This document shows positions 13,248 through 25,184 of a stretch of 64,000 bases of DNA, piece by piece; position 1 is the first letter of the stretch, and each line of letters begins with the position of its first letter. The DNA is from Yuukianura sp. NJ FZ-2021. Its lineage: Eukaryota. Location of the stretch: assembly GCA_046563655.1 (NCBI GenBank), contig CM102284.1, positions 3,038,001-3,102,000 on the forward strand, written 5' to 3'. The position numbers and the translations under genes are program-made. The notes below the pieces were generated by a model. It saw nothing but the letters and a program-made list of their open reading frames with translations, did no database searches and was not told where the DNA came from.

Positions 13248-14316
13248 AATTTGAGACTAAAAATTATATTAGTTGCAAGCGTATAAATAACGTTCAATTT
13301 TTCAAAATGCTGAGTTGAGTTGCTTTTTTTTTTGTTGAAGAAAGTTATTCATGTTGAGCAGAATTCTGTTAAGAATTTTGAGCAGAACATGCAACTTTCT
13401 CTCCGTATTCGCGAATCGCGACTCTAAAAAAAAACCAGTCCCGCCGTACGCACAAACGTTTTTCTTGCCATTGCAGTACAAAACTTAATAGTTACGAAAT
13501 TCTAATGTAATTAAAAGTCACTTGTTTGACAAACTTCAAATTACACTTATTTAGTTCGGCCGAAATGCTGCAATATTTTCAATTATACTGTTGCATATTA
13601 TTACATTGAATTTGTTTGAGTTGGAATTTTTGTGCGTGTTGTTGTAGCTTTATGTGCAATTAGAATCTAATTGTTCCCCCAATTGAAAGTTAATCAAATT
13701 GAAGAACCGATGTTAAACAACAATTTGTAAAAACGTTACGTTTGTAAAAAAACGTATTTACTTACATAAGTTCATAATATGATTTCCTAATAATCAGTTC
13801 GGATCCAATAATATTTTGTTATTTCACAACAATGGACTTCCGTACGAAAAAACTTTGTTACTAATTCCTCATTATCGTACGTTGGAATTTGGTAATGCTT
13901 TGACAATTAATCGTGCTGGGGAATCTGCATTTGTTCTTGTCAAGGAAAAGATCATCTCTTCTGGGCTTAAAAGCTCCATTTCTATTCAATCTCCTTCCAG
14001 GGACTCACGTGGACTCACGTTCACCTACTTTCGGTGTCTTTTGAAAACTTGAGGAATCTTTGTTTCGTTAATAATCGATTAGTCCATTAGCTTGAAATTA
14101 GATTCCAGTGTCGCAGTCACTGTAATTTGTACACTGTAGTTTAGTTGGTAGCGGCAGTTGCAGTCTTGCAGTTGATGGACCAAAACTGGATTGATTGGAT
14201 TTGGATACAGTGACAAATGAAACAGCTGATCGAAAAGACAACACAAGTGGGTAAGTTCTTTACTTATTGATGATTGGATTATTGATTTTATAGCAATAAC
14301 TAATGTCTAGTTTGAG

Positions 14317-16224
14317 ATGGTTCAACTAAACGATCAACCAGAGTCAGAGTCTAAGGACATGGAGGGTGACACACAGCCGATAAGTTACGCATATGCTGAT
14401 GCAGAAGAAGAGTAAGTGAATCCAAATTATAATGTTAATTTAAGAATGAATTTTGGAAGTTGTGTTAACGAATAGTTGTACATTGTACGTTAGCTATGTG
14501 GCTTTCTTTTAGAACGCAAGAGGTCAAGGTATTCTCCGATGTTAACCTGCAGATAACCAATAACGCAGTATTGAAACCGAATCTCGAGAGAAATGGAACT
14601 GAACTTAATGATAAAGAAGATGACATCGAAATTCTTGAAACTCCACCGAAGCCACCACCTATTATGGTAGATCTGGAAGACGGAAGCGACGCGGAGGGTG
14701 GACATCGCGATGACATTGCTAATCCAGCGTCACCGGCATTATCCGCTGATCTACTGTCCCAGACGGTTCGTGTCAATTTAGGAACAACTCGTTTTTATTC
14801 CGTTATTCATCTTATTAGTTCAATTATTACTTGGTTTATGTTTTGTAGAATTCGGACGATGAAGCCGACACGCAAATGATGATTACGCAAACGTTTTTAA
14901 TACCTGAGACTATTTTGGAGGATTCCAATGATACTTTGATGGACCAAACTCGCCCTAGCAGCTCAACTCGAAGCGCAGACTCTGATTACGAGTCCCAGCC
15001 CGAAACCAGCAAGGTTTCAACTCTTTTGAAACTTTGCTATGAAGTAGTGAAAGCCAACATTGAACGTTTTGAATTTATCCGTCCCGACGATGATGAAACC
15101 TCCGAGAATGGTTCCCGCAAGACATGGCGTGACGTTTACAATGCAAGTTAACTGTTTGATTGCATTTATTCGATTTCGAAATTCAAATTTCAAAATTGAA
15201 ACAAACTTAATTTGCTTTCAGAGACTTGTAGCTGATGCTAACTTCAACACGAATGTTCCTCGCGACTCGGCCACCACTGAATTGGTAAGTAAGAATTTAT
15301 AAATGTTAATGTTGGAACATTTCGTGCACTGATCCTCATTTTTTTTTAAATAAAAGTCCACGGTGCCGGCCGGACCATGTCGAAACCTAAGTCAACCGTC
15401 CACTTCCAGTAGTTCTACTGCTACTATTACATGCCAAGGGGATACTACCGATTCGAATGGACACCGTAGTGACATCAACGCTGACCGGCCTACCACTTCC
15501 ACGTCAACTAGGAATGCTCGTGGAAGGGCACCCACTCAGCCCACCAAGGATATTCTAGTAATTACACTTCCCTGTGATTCTCCTCCACCTTCTCCTCCGC
15601 CATGCGCACCTTACACTGCAATTGGACGTTCAATTTCCAACGAAGTAGTTACATTCCAGGAGAACTGTTACCGGGAAATTCGAGAATGTATCAACAAGCT
15701 GTGTAAGGGAACTCATCAGGTCCCATCTGACAATGTAAGCTTTATTTTTTGTAATCCAAACTGAAACGAAAAATGAATGGAACGACGAAAGAATGTTTGC
15801 TGACTTTTAGACTCTAACGATGCTCTCAATCGAAATGCCTGTAACCTGGACCGAGATGGGAAAAATTCCAGGGATGTCGGAGCGTACCCGTTTCATTTAT
15901 TGGCCCGCCGTTTTAAAAATCACCAAGCGATATCGAAGCGAGAAGTTAAAGTTCTACAAGACTTGCCACTTTCCGACGACGCTTCAACAAGCCAAGGACT
16001 TGTGCTCAACCGAGACAAGTAACGGACGCAACAGAAAAAGAACCAAGGCTAAAAGAAATCGTGCTGGCAAAGGAAAACAAGCTGAAGAAGCGATGAGTAT
16101 TGTCACCTCAGACTCAGAGGATGAGTCGGCTCGTAGCGATTCTCCGGCGGTGACATCGGCATCGCCTCCAGCGAAACGCACCAGACGAGCCAGAGCATCC
16201 AAACCAACCGCATCAGCAGACTGA
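14317..16224 (+). CDS. Uncharacterised ~498-aa largely disordered protein with a BC-box/Elongin-A-like motif, an HRDC-like domain and a basic NLS-like tail
   Basis: Exons 14317-14411, 14513-14765, 14849-15142, 15222-15284, 15357-15734 and 15811-16224 give one open frame, using one GC-AG intron. The start codon is uncertain. Confidence 0.65.
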
Positions 16225-16588
16225 GATTCTTCCAGTTCTAATTAATTTGTATTTACCGCGACTTTGCCGCCGCGATTTTCGCATTCATATCAAACAACAA
16301 TCAGTTGTTTTATTTTGATACTTCTTCACCTTATGACGCTGAAGCAATATTTTTGAAACTACGGTATAATCTCGCACTTGATTGGGAGGTAGTACTGTAT
16401 TAAATTAATTTTGAGAACAAGTTAAACTCATTCTGTTTTTTCCTTGCCTTCTTGACATGATCACTGGAGTTAAGAAGATTTAAAAATTTAAGTTGCGGTT
16501 ACGTTTAGTAAAACTGTTGGCTTCGTCAGACGAAGCAATCTTTTGAAAAATGATTAACTTTGTGGGTCTTAAAATTTTCGCCCAGTCA

Positions 16589-17666
16589 TCATTTTCTTTC
16601 CTCACTTTCAGCTGGAGAAATTCGGCCAGCTTCTACCGAATAGTCGTCAGGAGAAGGATCGACTCCACCGCTCTGTTTATAATGTCGTCGGATTTTGGCA
16701 CTGGTAGCTTCTCCACTGGCTATTTCTCCGCTCTGCGGTTCAAGTTCTAAAACGTTCAAAATATTTCCCTAAAGAAACATGGTTGGCAATTCAATATACT
16801 GAACTAACTGAAGCCACTTCTCACCCAAACTCGTTGTTGCTTCAGCAGGTTCTGCCGGAGTTGTATTCGCTGGAGCTTTGTTGGCGTCACACTTCTTTGG
16901 CCGCTCCACAAAGTACTGGAGGTAGCCCCATGCTGGACTGTCTGCAGGAACAATTCCAGCCGTGAAATCAGCGAATTCTGCCACCGTTGGAAATTGACAC
17001 TGAGTCTAAAAAACAATAAAGGTTAATCAGCATTAATTCACCCAGCATCAACAAAGTTTACTTACGTTGTACGGATCGTGTCCAATACATTTGCATGCTC
17101 TCCTGTCAAAATCGCAAACTCCTGTTCGTGCTCCATGGTTGCATTGACAATCCACCACGCAAAGCTCACGGAATTTGCCTGGAAATTGAACAAAATCGTT
17201 TTCATTTTTTAAACTGGAAGATTTTGCTTAACTAAACAACACATCTATCTGGTCTGTGCTTACCCAAAGGTGCAATACAATGAAGTGATTTCTCTACTCG
17301 TGCTGAAATGGAATTTTCAACATTTCAAACATCAGTTTTAAACATCCACGACAAATCGAACTTTGCAATTTTTACTTACCTCCTTGGAATCTTCCGCAAT
17401 AGCAGTTGAAATCTCCTCTACCCGGCGGTCCGCACATCCCATCAGCAGCGCCATGTTGATAGATGCAGTCATCAGAGCAAGGAAAGAACGTTTGATTGTT
17501 CTCTTCACTGGCCGGACACAAGAAGCTTGGATACCCACCGAAAGCAACTGAAAATTAAAAACAAAGTTAACAATAAAGCTACTTCTAATATGTTAACTGC
17601 TAAGTATTAAATGAACTTACCGTGGGAAAAGGAAAGCAGAACGATTATAACCAGTGGAGTGTCCAT
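16589..17666 (-). CDS. Secreted cysteine-rich protein with two tandem CSαβ (defensin/scorpion-toxin-like) domains and an acidic tail, 234 aa, 6 exons
   Basis: Exons 17666-17621, 17547-17380, 17302-17264, 17178-17066, 17005-16825 and 16746-16589 are all GT-AG with consistent phases. A signal-peptide-like MDTPLVIIVLLSFSHVAFG is followed by two C..CxxxC..GxC..CxC units. Confidence 0.8.
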
Positions 17667-18185
17667 TGCTGCCAAAAACTTAAAAATCCCTGAGAAACGT
17701 TTGAATACTCCGAGGATAGACGACCCACCTCCATTTTTATAATTTCTGAGAACATAAGAAAAAAACGGATAACAAGAAATCAGTCCACTAACGAACCCGA
17801 ATACGCAGATACGTTGACCTCATGAAATCATGGCATGGCGGTGACATTCGATAAATCCCCAAAACTAAATTCTAAATGCTGGGATTCCAGAATATCTAAA
17901 GAGCGTTAATGTTAACTAATTAACCACTTTTCAAAAAGATTAGCAGCAAGACTTAAGTAAAAAGTTTTTTTTTTGCGGTTAAAGTTATAACATTTGCAGG
18001 ATTAGTAGATCTCTTGAAATAACCAATAGGGAACCACATAAGATTTGAAAATTTATTAAAAGACAAATCACATTCAAGACAGCGTAAAATGAACTTTGAA
18101 CGCTATTGTCTTGGTGGTACCGTATTTCACGGCGTATAGGTCGCATTCGCAGCCAAATATAATTTTTTGGGTATTAATTATAACT

Positions 18186-19123
18186 TTATGCAATGGTGTA
18201 TCCTCCATCGACGGCAACTGCCTCTCCAGTAATCATCGTAGCACCAGGACTTGCAAGAAACAAAACCAGATCTGCCGTTTCCGTGGCCTCCAACAACCGA
18301 GGAATCGGAGTGTTTTCAAGGAATTGGTGCGCAAAGCCTTGAAACGCTTCATCTGAGTAAGTCTCGAACAGGGTTGTACGCATCACAGTGGGTCTAACAG
18401 CGTTGACGCGAATGCCGAGCGATCCCAACTCTACGGCCAGACACTTTGTCATCATGGTCACAGCCGCCTTGCTGCAACAGTAGGCCAGTGCACCAGGAGC
18501 AACTTTCCGATCTAGCTGTAAATATATTAAAACAGCATAACACTTGGCTCTCATTTGATACATTTTGATACATTCATATTTACCACTGAAGAGATGTTCA
18601 CAATGCAGGCTCCCTTGACACCGTTGGTGGTCACGCTTTTGGCAAAGATTTGAGATGTGTTTACCAATGCTTTGACGTTGATTCCAAATACACTATAAAA
18701 CAGACAAACAGGACTTACATACAGGTTCTAAAAATTATTGTAACTTTGTCATAAAATGTAACGTTACAAATCGAGCTGCTCCTCGCTGACTTCTGGAACG
18801 AATTCCTCGCTGAGTACACCGGCATTGTTGATCAAAACGTCCAATGGTCCCAGTTTCTCCATTTCCACTTTCACAGCCGCCCAGTCCAGCATATCCAGTA
18901 CCACTGTAGTGACTCCTGGGAGATCACTTTTCAGCTTTGCAAGAGCCTCGACATTTTTGTCCATGACAACAACGGTAGCATTAGCCGCTACAAACTTATC
19001 CACGATGGCTCGTCCCAGGCCTAAAATACAAAATACTTTTAAATCCTGCAACCAGTGACACGCAAATCAAAACTTACCTTTGGCTCCGCCTGTTACAAGG
19101 ACACGCTTCCCGGTAAATGCCAT
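18186..19123 (-). CDS. DCXR: Classical short-chain dehydrogenase/reductase, L-xylulose reductase (DCXR)-like
   Basis: Four exons. Motifs are MAFTGKRVLVTGGAKGLG, LINNAG, IVNISS, YCCSK (YxxxK), 'IRVNAVRPTV' and 'ITGEAVAVDGG'. Confidence 0.8.
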
Positions 19124-20089
19124 TGTAAAAAACGAAAATAGAGATGGAACTACTGCAAGCTTTGTCTAGCTGGACGCAAAGTCTTTGCGATGCTCGGCGA
19201 CAAGGAGTCAAATAAGCCAGAAGGCAACGGAAAATTATCACGGGTTGGTGCGATACTGCTGTGATACTAATGTGATAACATGAATAAGGTTATGGCCCAT
19301 ATAACTTCTTAAGTTTGAAGTTCAAAGTTTGAACTCAGAGGTTATCAGAGGTCACTAAAGTCTTATGAGAAACAGATTCAGTCATTTTTTGGTGTACCAT
19401 GTGATAGCGTAAAGTTAAAACCCGACCTTGCCATTGCCTGTCTGTAGGCGATGGAAAATTTCTTACTACAAACAGCTTTTTCAGTATAAGTTTGTTGGAA
19501 ATGCTTTAGTGCCAAAATTTTTGATTTGCTAAAATTAACATCCGGCGCGCAACGTAGAAAATTAGCCAAAGCAGTTTTTGCATTGAACACAACGCGGTGG
19601 ATGCTGCGATCCATTTTGTGCAAGCAGGTAGAGGTAGAACACAAGAAATTGATGCTAATACTACAACAAAAAACGACAATTTACATGAGAATTTCGGAAA
19701 CTACGGAAAATCCCCTTCACAACTCTGACAAAAACGCTTTGGGTTGCTTGACAAAAACAAAATTTTGTAACTTTATAAAACTCAATAATTAAATTAGGAA
19801 TGCGAAAACGACTTTTTAATTAAAATGTTACATCACGGAACACTCTTCCAAAGGACGTCGTATGTTTTCTTAGGAAAATACAAAAGTTTTCGTGTTAGTA
19901 TACTCCATTAGTAGCACAACAATGGTTAGCAAATGTGTTAGTTAAGAACGTAAGTTAAATCCGGTCAATTTACAAAGATTATGAGTACAAATTAGGGTAG
20001 AAATGGATATATTAAAAAAGGTTCACATGGTTCTTAAATCTAGTTGAATTAATGTTGGTCGAGATACCTCACACATATCTATAACCATA

Positions 20090-20861
20090 TTGGGTAATTC
20101 CACCACAAGAAAGCCAAACGTTTGCGCTTCAATATTTCAAAAACAAGTAAAAAATTCCAAAATGCATTAACCGAACGTTTTGGAAGTGCGTAGTATTTTT
20201 TTTAATTTTCTTAAAACTAATTAACTTGTTTTTTAATTAAATTTAAAAAGTGACTTTGCTGTCAAAAATTGCAAAAAATGTAAACAAACAAACGGGAGGT
20301 CGGGGGATTTCTAAAGCTCACCCCATGTGGTTGCACCCACATTGGGAATACGAAACCTACTGTATTTGGACACCCCAAGTGTGCTGAATCTAATGGTATA
20401 GGTTTCGTATTCCCAATGAGAGTGCAACATGGAAAAAAAATTTTTTGAAAACGGTGAATTTTGAAATTTGTCGCTGGAGTTGGAAAAGGAGTGGACACCT
20501 CTGCTCCACACCGAGCTAGGGAGTGGGAGGGTTTTTCAGGGTGCGCTGCTGCAGTAGCATTCGCAGAATTGGTTTCCGTCCCACTTTTAGCGCTATGACA
20601 CTTATGGTATACTTTCAAAAATTAGATGTAACATAATTAATGATAGTTAGTAGTAAAATACTAACTTTAATTAGAGTTAAAACAGAAAAAATTGAAATGT
20701 AAACAAGCACCTCCACATTACGCGCCAAAGTGAAAAAACATTTGTGGGAGTGGGGTGGGTTGGCGGTGTGTGGCGTGGGGTTTGGATTGGGAGGACGCTC
20801 AGCTCCAAATGAGAAAAAATCCCAACTCAACTTTTGGCTTTCTTATGGTGGAATCACCCTA
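20090..20861. mobile_element. Non-autonomous DNA transposon (Tc1/mariner-like TIRs) with an internal hairpin
   Basis: TIR TTGGGTAATTCCACCACAAGAAAGCCAAA compares with the reverse-complemented right end TAGGGTGATTCCACCATAAGAAAGCCAAA. An internal 30-bp inverted repeat lies at 20330-20359 / 20399-20428. Confidence 0.75.
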
Positions 20862-21090
20862 TTGTAGCCAAGATACTTTAGTTCACGCTGGCTGTTAAGG
20901 GTACAGTTAGTATGAAGTTTACTTTGCATTTCAATTTGAGTGTTTAGGGTAGCGACTAGTTAGTAAAATGTATGAGAATTAGCTCCTGAGTTGAAATCCT
21001 AATCAAGACTTCAAGGCACATCCGGGACGGATTCAATGTTAGAGACCCTGCCATATTTTGGAAACACTAGATTTTCATTTCAGACCTACT

Positions 21091-22901
21091 TCACTCAAAA
21101 TCAAACCGGTCAGGTTGATTTCGCTCCTTTTTGGCTCTTCCACCACGCTTTCGACGTGAGTCATGGGCTCGGCTAGCAGAATTTAGAATATCGATCTGCA
21201 AATAACATGAAACAAAAAACAAAATTAGAGTTTCGTAGTGGCTAACTTGAGATAATTCATCAGTTAAATCCATCTGTGGTAAACGACAATGACCAAAGTT
21301 TCCTTTGAATTCAACATGTCTGGCGGCCATTTGCACTGTGGGATGAAAACTTTAGTGTTTTGTAAGCATCAACCAATTCCTATCAATAATTAATTAGTAG
21401 TAGTACTAACTCGAGCTCAGTGATATTCGATATCAGTACCTCATTTTGACGACGTCGAGTTCTTGGGCCTTTCGGCGGTACGTCTTGCTCCTCTACTTCC
21501 ATGGTTCTAAGTTCTTCATCAGTTACAACCTCTCCATTAGATTCTTCTACGAAAACCCTGTTAGAAAACGTTTGTGTTAAAAGCAGTGAAACGATCAATT
21601 ACTTATTTCGCGTCATATAGGTCGGCGTACCACCAACTTGCCTCTCTGGTCTTACCCGTCTTCAGGAACATTGCTGCTGATGATCATCCCTCCCGCTGCC
21701 ACCAGAAATTCCTCCGTCTCAAAATCCGATCTAGAAGGAGAGACTCCCGCAGAACGTGATCCTGAATGACTCGCACTGGACGAAGAATATAATGGTTCTA
21801 TTTGTTGAATAGCGTCCAGACTCAGGCTTCTCAGGAGATGTTGAGACAGGGTTTCATGTTTTGCAGCCTATGGCAATAAAATTGGAAAAGTTAATAATAC
21901 TTTGTCAAAATATTCGTGAAAAAAGATCCAAAAACTCACTCGAATTACTCCCTTCTGAACTGTTTCGGAAACGGTTTGAATTATCGCCGAGATGAGTCTA
22001 TTTGCCCATTGGTAGATAAAACTGCTTGTTTGACTTTGAATCTTGAAGAGAAACGAGTCGATTTCCTGAAAATAATGATTATAAATTATTACGTCGAGAC
22101 TTGATCTGTTTCCAATTATTAATCTGGAGTTATGTTCCCAGTCATCCTCCTCTGGGCAAAGAGTTCTGAAAATTGAAAACATGTTTACAGTTTTCTGGTT
22201 CTTACTGGTTCATATTTCACGAGTTTCGGATGTAGGAATCGTCTGTAGACGAACCCTGCTCCTCCTGTTTGTGGAGCCATAAGCCAAAGCAAAAAGCAAA
22301 TCTTCAGTTCATAGTAGAACGGAAACCATGGCCCCAAAAAAGTATCAGTGAATGACGTTACGGAAGAATAAATAGCGAAGACTATCCAATACATCATCCA
22401 CTGGACCTAAGTATGAAGTAAGTAAATAACATCGCAATTAAGGCTTATTTTAATTGTCTTGTCGTAACAACAAATATTGGTCAGTCCCTTACATAACCTC
22501 GGACATCCTTGTTTTTTACTGCTAGGAAAGACGCGTACGCCGGATAAAGAAGCCCAAATAACAACCTGAAACCAAAAACATTGAATTCATTCATACAATT
22601 TGTTATGCTTGAACATCATAACTAATTGTAACTTGATTAGTATTTTTCTGAGACATTTTCTAGGAAAAAAAAGTTTAAGTGCTGTCGGTAAGCTTAATTT
22701 GATTTCTAATTAATTCTTGTACTCTTAATAACTGTAATGAAGACATCACGCATCACGTTAATAAAATTCCTAGTTAAAGAATTAAACCAAAGCCGCGTTC
22801 GCGTATCGTCATATAGACTATGAATCATAGTCATAATAACAAGCAACGAAAGACATCAAATCCACTCACCACACAGCGTTTGATATCATAAAGATAATCA
22901 T
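21091..22901 (-). CDS. REEP: Receptor expression-enhancing protein (REEP1-4 / TB2-DP1-HVA22 family)
   Basis: The 32-nt first coding exon (22901-22870) is followed by 'LLFGLLYPAYAS', 'WMMYWIVFA', 'WFPFYYELKI' and 'YRRFLHPKL..YEPEID'. Confidence 0.9.
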
Positions 22902-23209
22902 TCTTCGAAACTCGGCAGTTCGTTTCTTGACTCGGCAATTAGTAGAATTAATTGGTATTTAGTAGATCACATAAAGATGTACGTTGAAAGTCGGCTGGAC
23001 TGGACGGTTTTGTCTCAGATGAAAATGAGGAGCAATTAAATTCTAACCAACAATAAGTTAGTTAAACACTAAATTAGCACTAACGGCAGCAGTAAATCTT
23101 GGACTGAACCCTGAACCCAGTTGATTCAGTTGTCCAATCAGTCCCTACTATTTATTTCCGTCCATTCAAGTCTCCCTTTAGCCCCGTTTTGTGACTTCCT
23201 CCTTCCGGT

Positions 23210-24006
23210 GGTGGCCCACCATAGGTGGGACTCTTCATGAAGAATTCTTCAATGAGGTGTAAACTTCACGAGTTATTCTTCAAATTCATGAATTTTGAAG
23301 GGTGAAGTTTTGAGGGGTACAAATCCGGTGAAGAGTGAGGTGTTGAATTTTTGAGTTGTACGCAGATATGTGAATTTGAAGGTCTGAAGATTTTAAGTGT
23401 ATGTAGGAATTGAAGTTTGAAGTTTTGAATAGTTGAGTGGTCGCTAGCCAGGTGAATTTGAAGAGATGAAGAGATCTTCATTTCACTTCAAGCTATCCAT
23501 GTTGTTGCTCCATCTCTCGCTTAGCATTAGCAAAAAGCGTTGTGGTATGCGAGTTTGAAACAACCGCGGTTGTTTACAGTTTTCGACTACCTTTGTTTTT
23601 TTCTCAAGTATATTCCCGTCTTGACCGAGCCACTTTAAGTGTAAAATCGTTTATAACTCCAATAAAATGACCAGTAAATTTAAGCAAACTGTTTTGGTCA
23701 CAAGTCCTGGTATTGACAAGGATAACGACGTCATGGAGGTTCGTCCAGATGCTGCTGATACCTGATTTTTGAAGTGAAGGTTACATGATGTTGAGGGGAT
23801 GAAGTTTTGAGTTGTAAGACTGCATGTGAGTTTGAAGGGATGAGTTTTTGAAGAGCTCAATTGCAAACGAATTTGAGGGTTGAATATTTGAAGTGTAACC
23901 TAGCCAGTGAAGTTGAAGAGTTGAATATTTGAAGTGTAACTGTGCCAATGAGTTTGAAGAGTTGAGGGGTTCTTCATTTGAAGATTCCCACCTATGTGGC
24001 CCACTG
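23210..24006. mobile_element. Non-autonomous TIR element with internal TTTGAAG-rich short repeats
   Basis: Left end GTGGCCCACCATAGGTGGGACTCTTCATGAAGAA compares with the reverse-complemented right end GTGGGCCACATAGGTGGGAATCTTCAAATGAAGAA. TTGAATATTTGAAGTGTAAC is repeated internally. Confidence 0.7.
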
Positions 24007-24222
24007 GTCCGTGTAGTGCTTTGTTCGTTTTCTTTGTCTCTCCTTGCATAAAATAGCATAATAAACCGAAAATAATAAATATTTTGTCAACAAAAGCCAA
24101 GGCACCCACTAATCGGCAGAAAAGCAGAAACGGCAGAAATTCCACTTCTGCTGTACCTGCGTGAATTTGAACCGCAGTATGGGTTGGATCCACTATTCCT
24201 CAAAAACGTGTGTTATGTTTGG

Positions 24223-24322
24223 NNNNNNNNNNNNNNNNNNNNNNNNNNNNNNNNNNNNNNNNNNNNNNNNNNNNNNNNNNNNNNNNNNNNNNNNNNNNNN
24301 NNNNNNNNNNNNNNNNNNNNNN
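24223..24322. other. Assembly gap (100 N)
   Basis: Run of 100 n characters. Confidence 1.
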
Positions 24323-25184
24323 AACAGCTCTGAGAACCGTACTCGGATTACACCGGCTGTTGAGTAAGCGCTTAATCCGAACCGCGTCACTCTGTTCAGT
24401 CTTTTGTGTTTGAGTAAAATCCAAACGAATCTGTTTTGCCTAAGCGGAACGAAAATCATAGATTATTGACAAATAAAGCACATGCTGCAAATTCCGTTTT
24501 GAACAAACCTTCGCTTGAACTCCACATGTACTAGTACCGGAACTCGCTTCATGATTCAGCCTGGACTCCACCCGTTGACGTTTCGGTGCCTTTTGCTGCT
24601 CTACATTCGTCAGCGACGATTTTGCTAACTCATTTCTATCGGAGGACTCCTAAATGACAACATAGAACAATACGTTATTTTAATGATCAAGAATAAAATG
24701 AAATAGTTGCAAACTCGTTCCTCTCACCTGTTGAATGGCATTCATAAGGGTCCGCAATTCCTGTGGCCCGGCACCACTAATCATGATATCTACGTAAGGT
24801 CGTCTCATTTGGAATGTAATTTTACCTTCCCGGACAAAGTTAGCCACAATGTGATCCATGTCTCTAACCTTGAAACCCCAAAACCAAACCAAAATTTCAT
24901 TGCTTACCTACGTAGTCAGATTTTCTTAGGATCGATTTAAACTTGAGATCGCATCAAGGTTATTTCTAGTAACATACGAGAAAACGTCGTCCATTTAGAG
25001 AGTTAACGGTGGATAAGGACAATTCCAGGTATCCTTGGGTATTCTGCGTCAATCCAATGACAGTTTTGCTTTTTGACATCCCGTATCCTTTGCCAGCATC
25101 AGGTTTCGTCCCGAGCAATGACAGTCGTGGTTCAATCTGACAACTGGCACGAAACTCCAACGCCATCACTGTTGAACGTTCCAT
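24323..25184 (-). CDS. PIF1/LRR1-type PH-domain protein (LRR1-like), interrupted by the assembly gap
   Basis: Spliced exons encode 'FVREGKITFQMRRPYVDIMISGA...LRTLMNAI', which resembles the N-terminal PH-like domain of LRR1/PIF1. The frame stays open into the gap. Confidence 0.55.

Noticed and set aside
19378-19845. Possible small gene or MITE upstream of the SDR
   Set aside because: The ORFs lack motifs, and the apparent terminal similarity is too weak to support.
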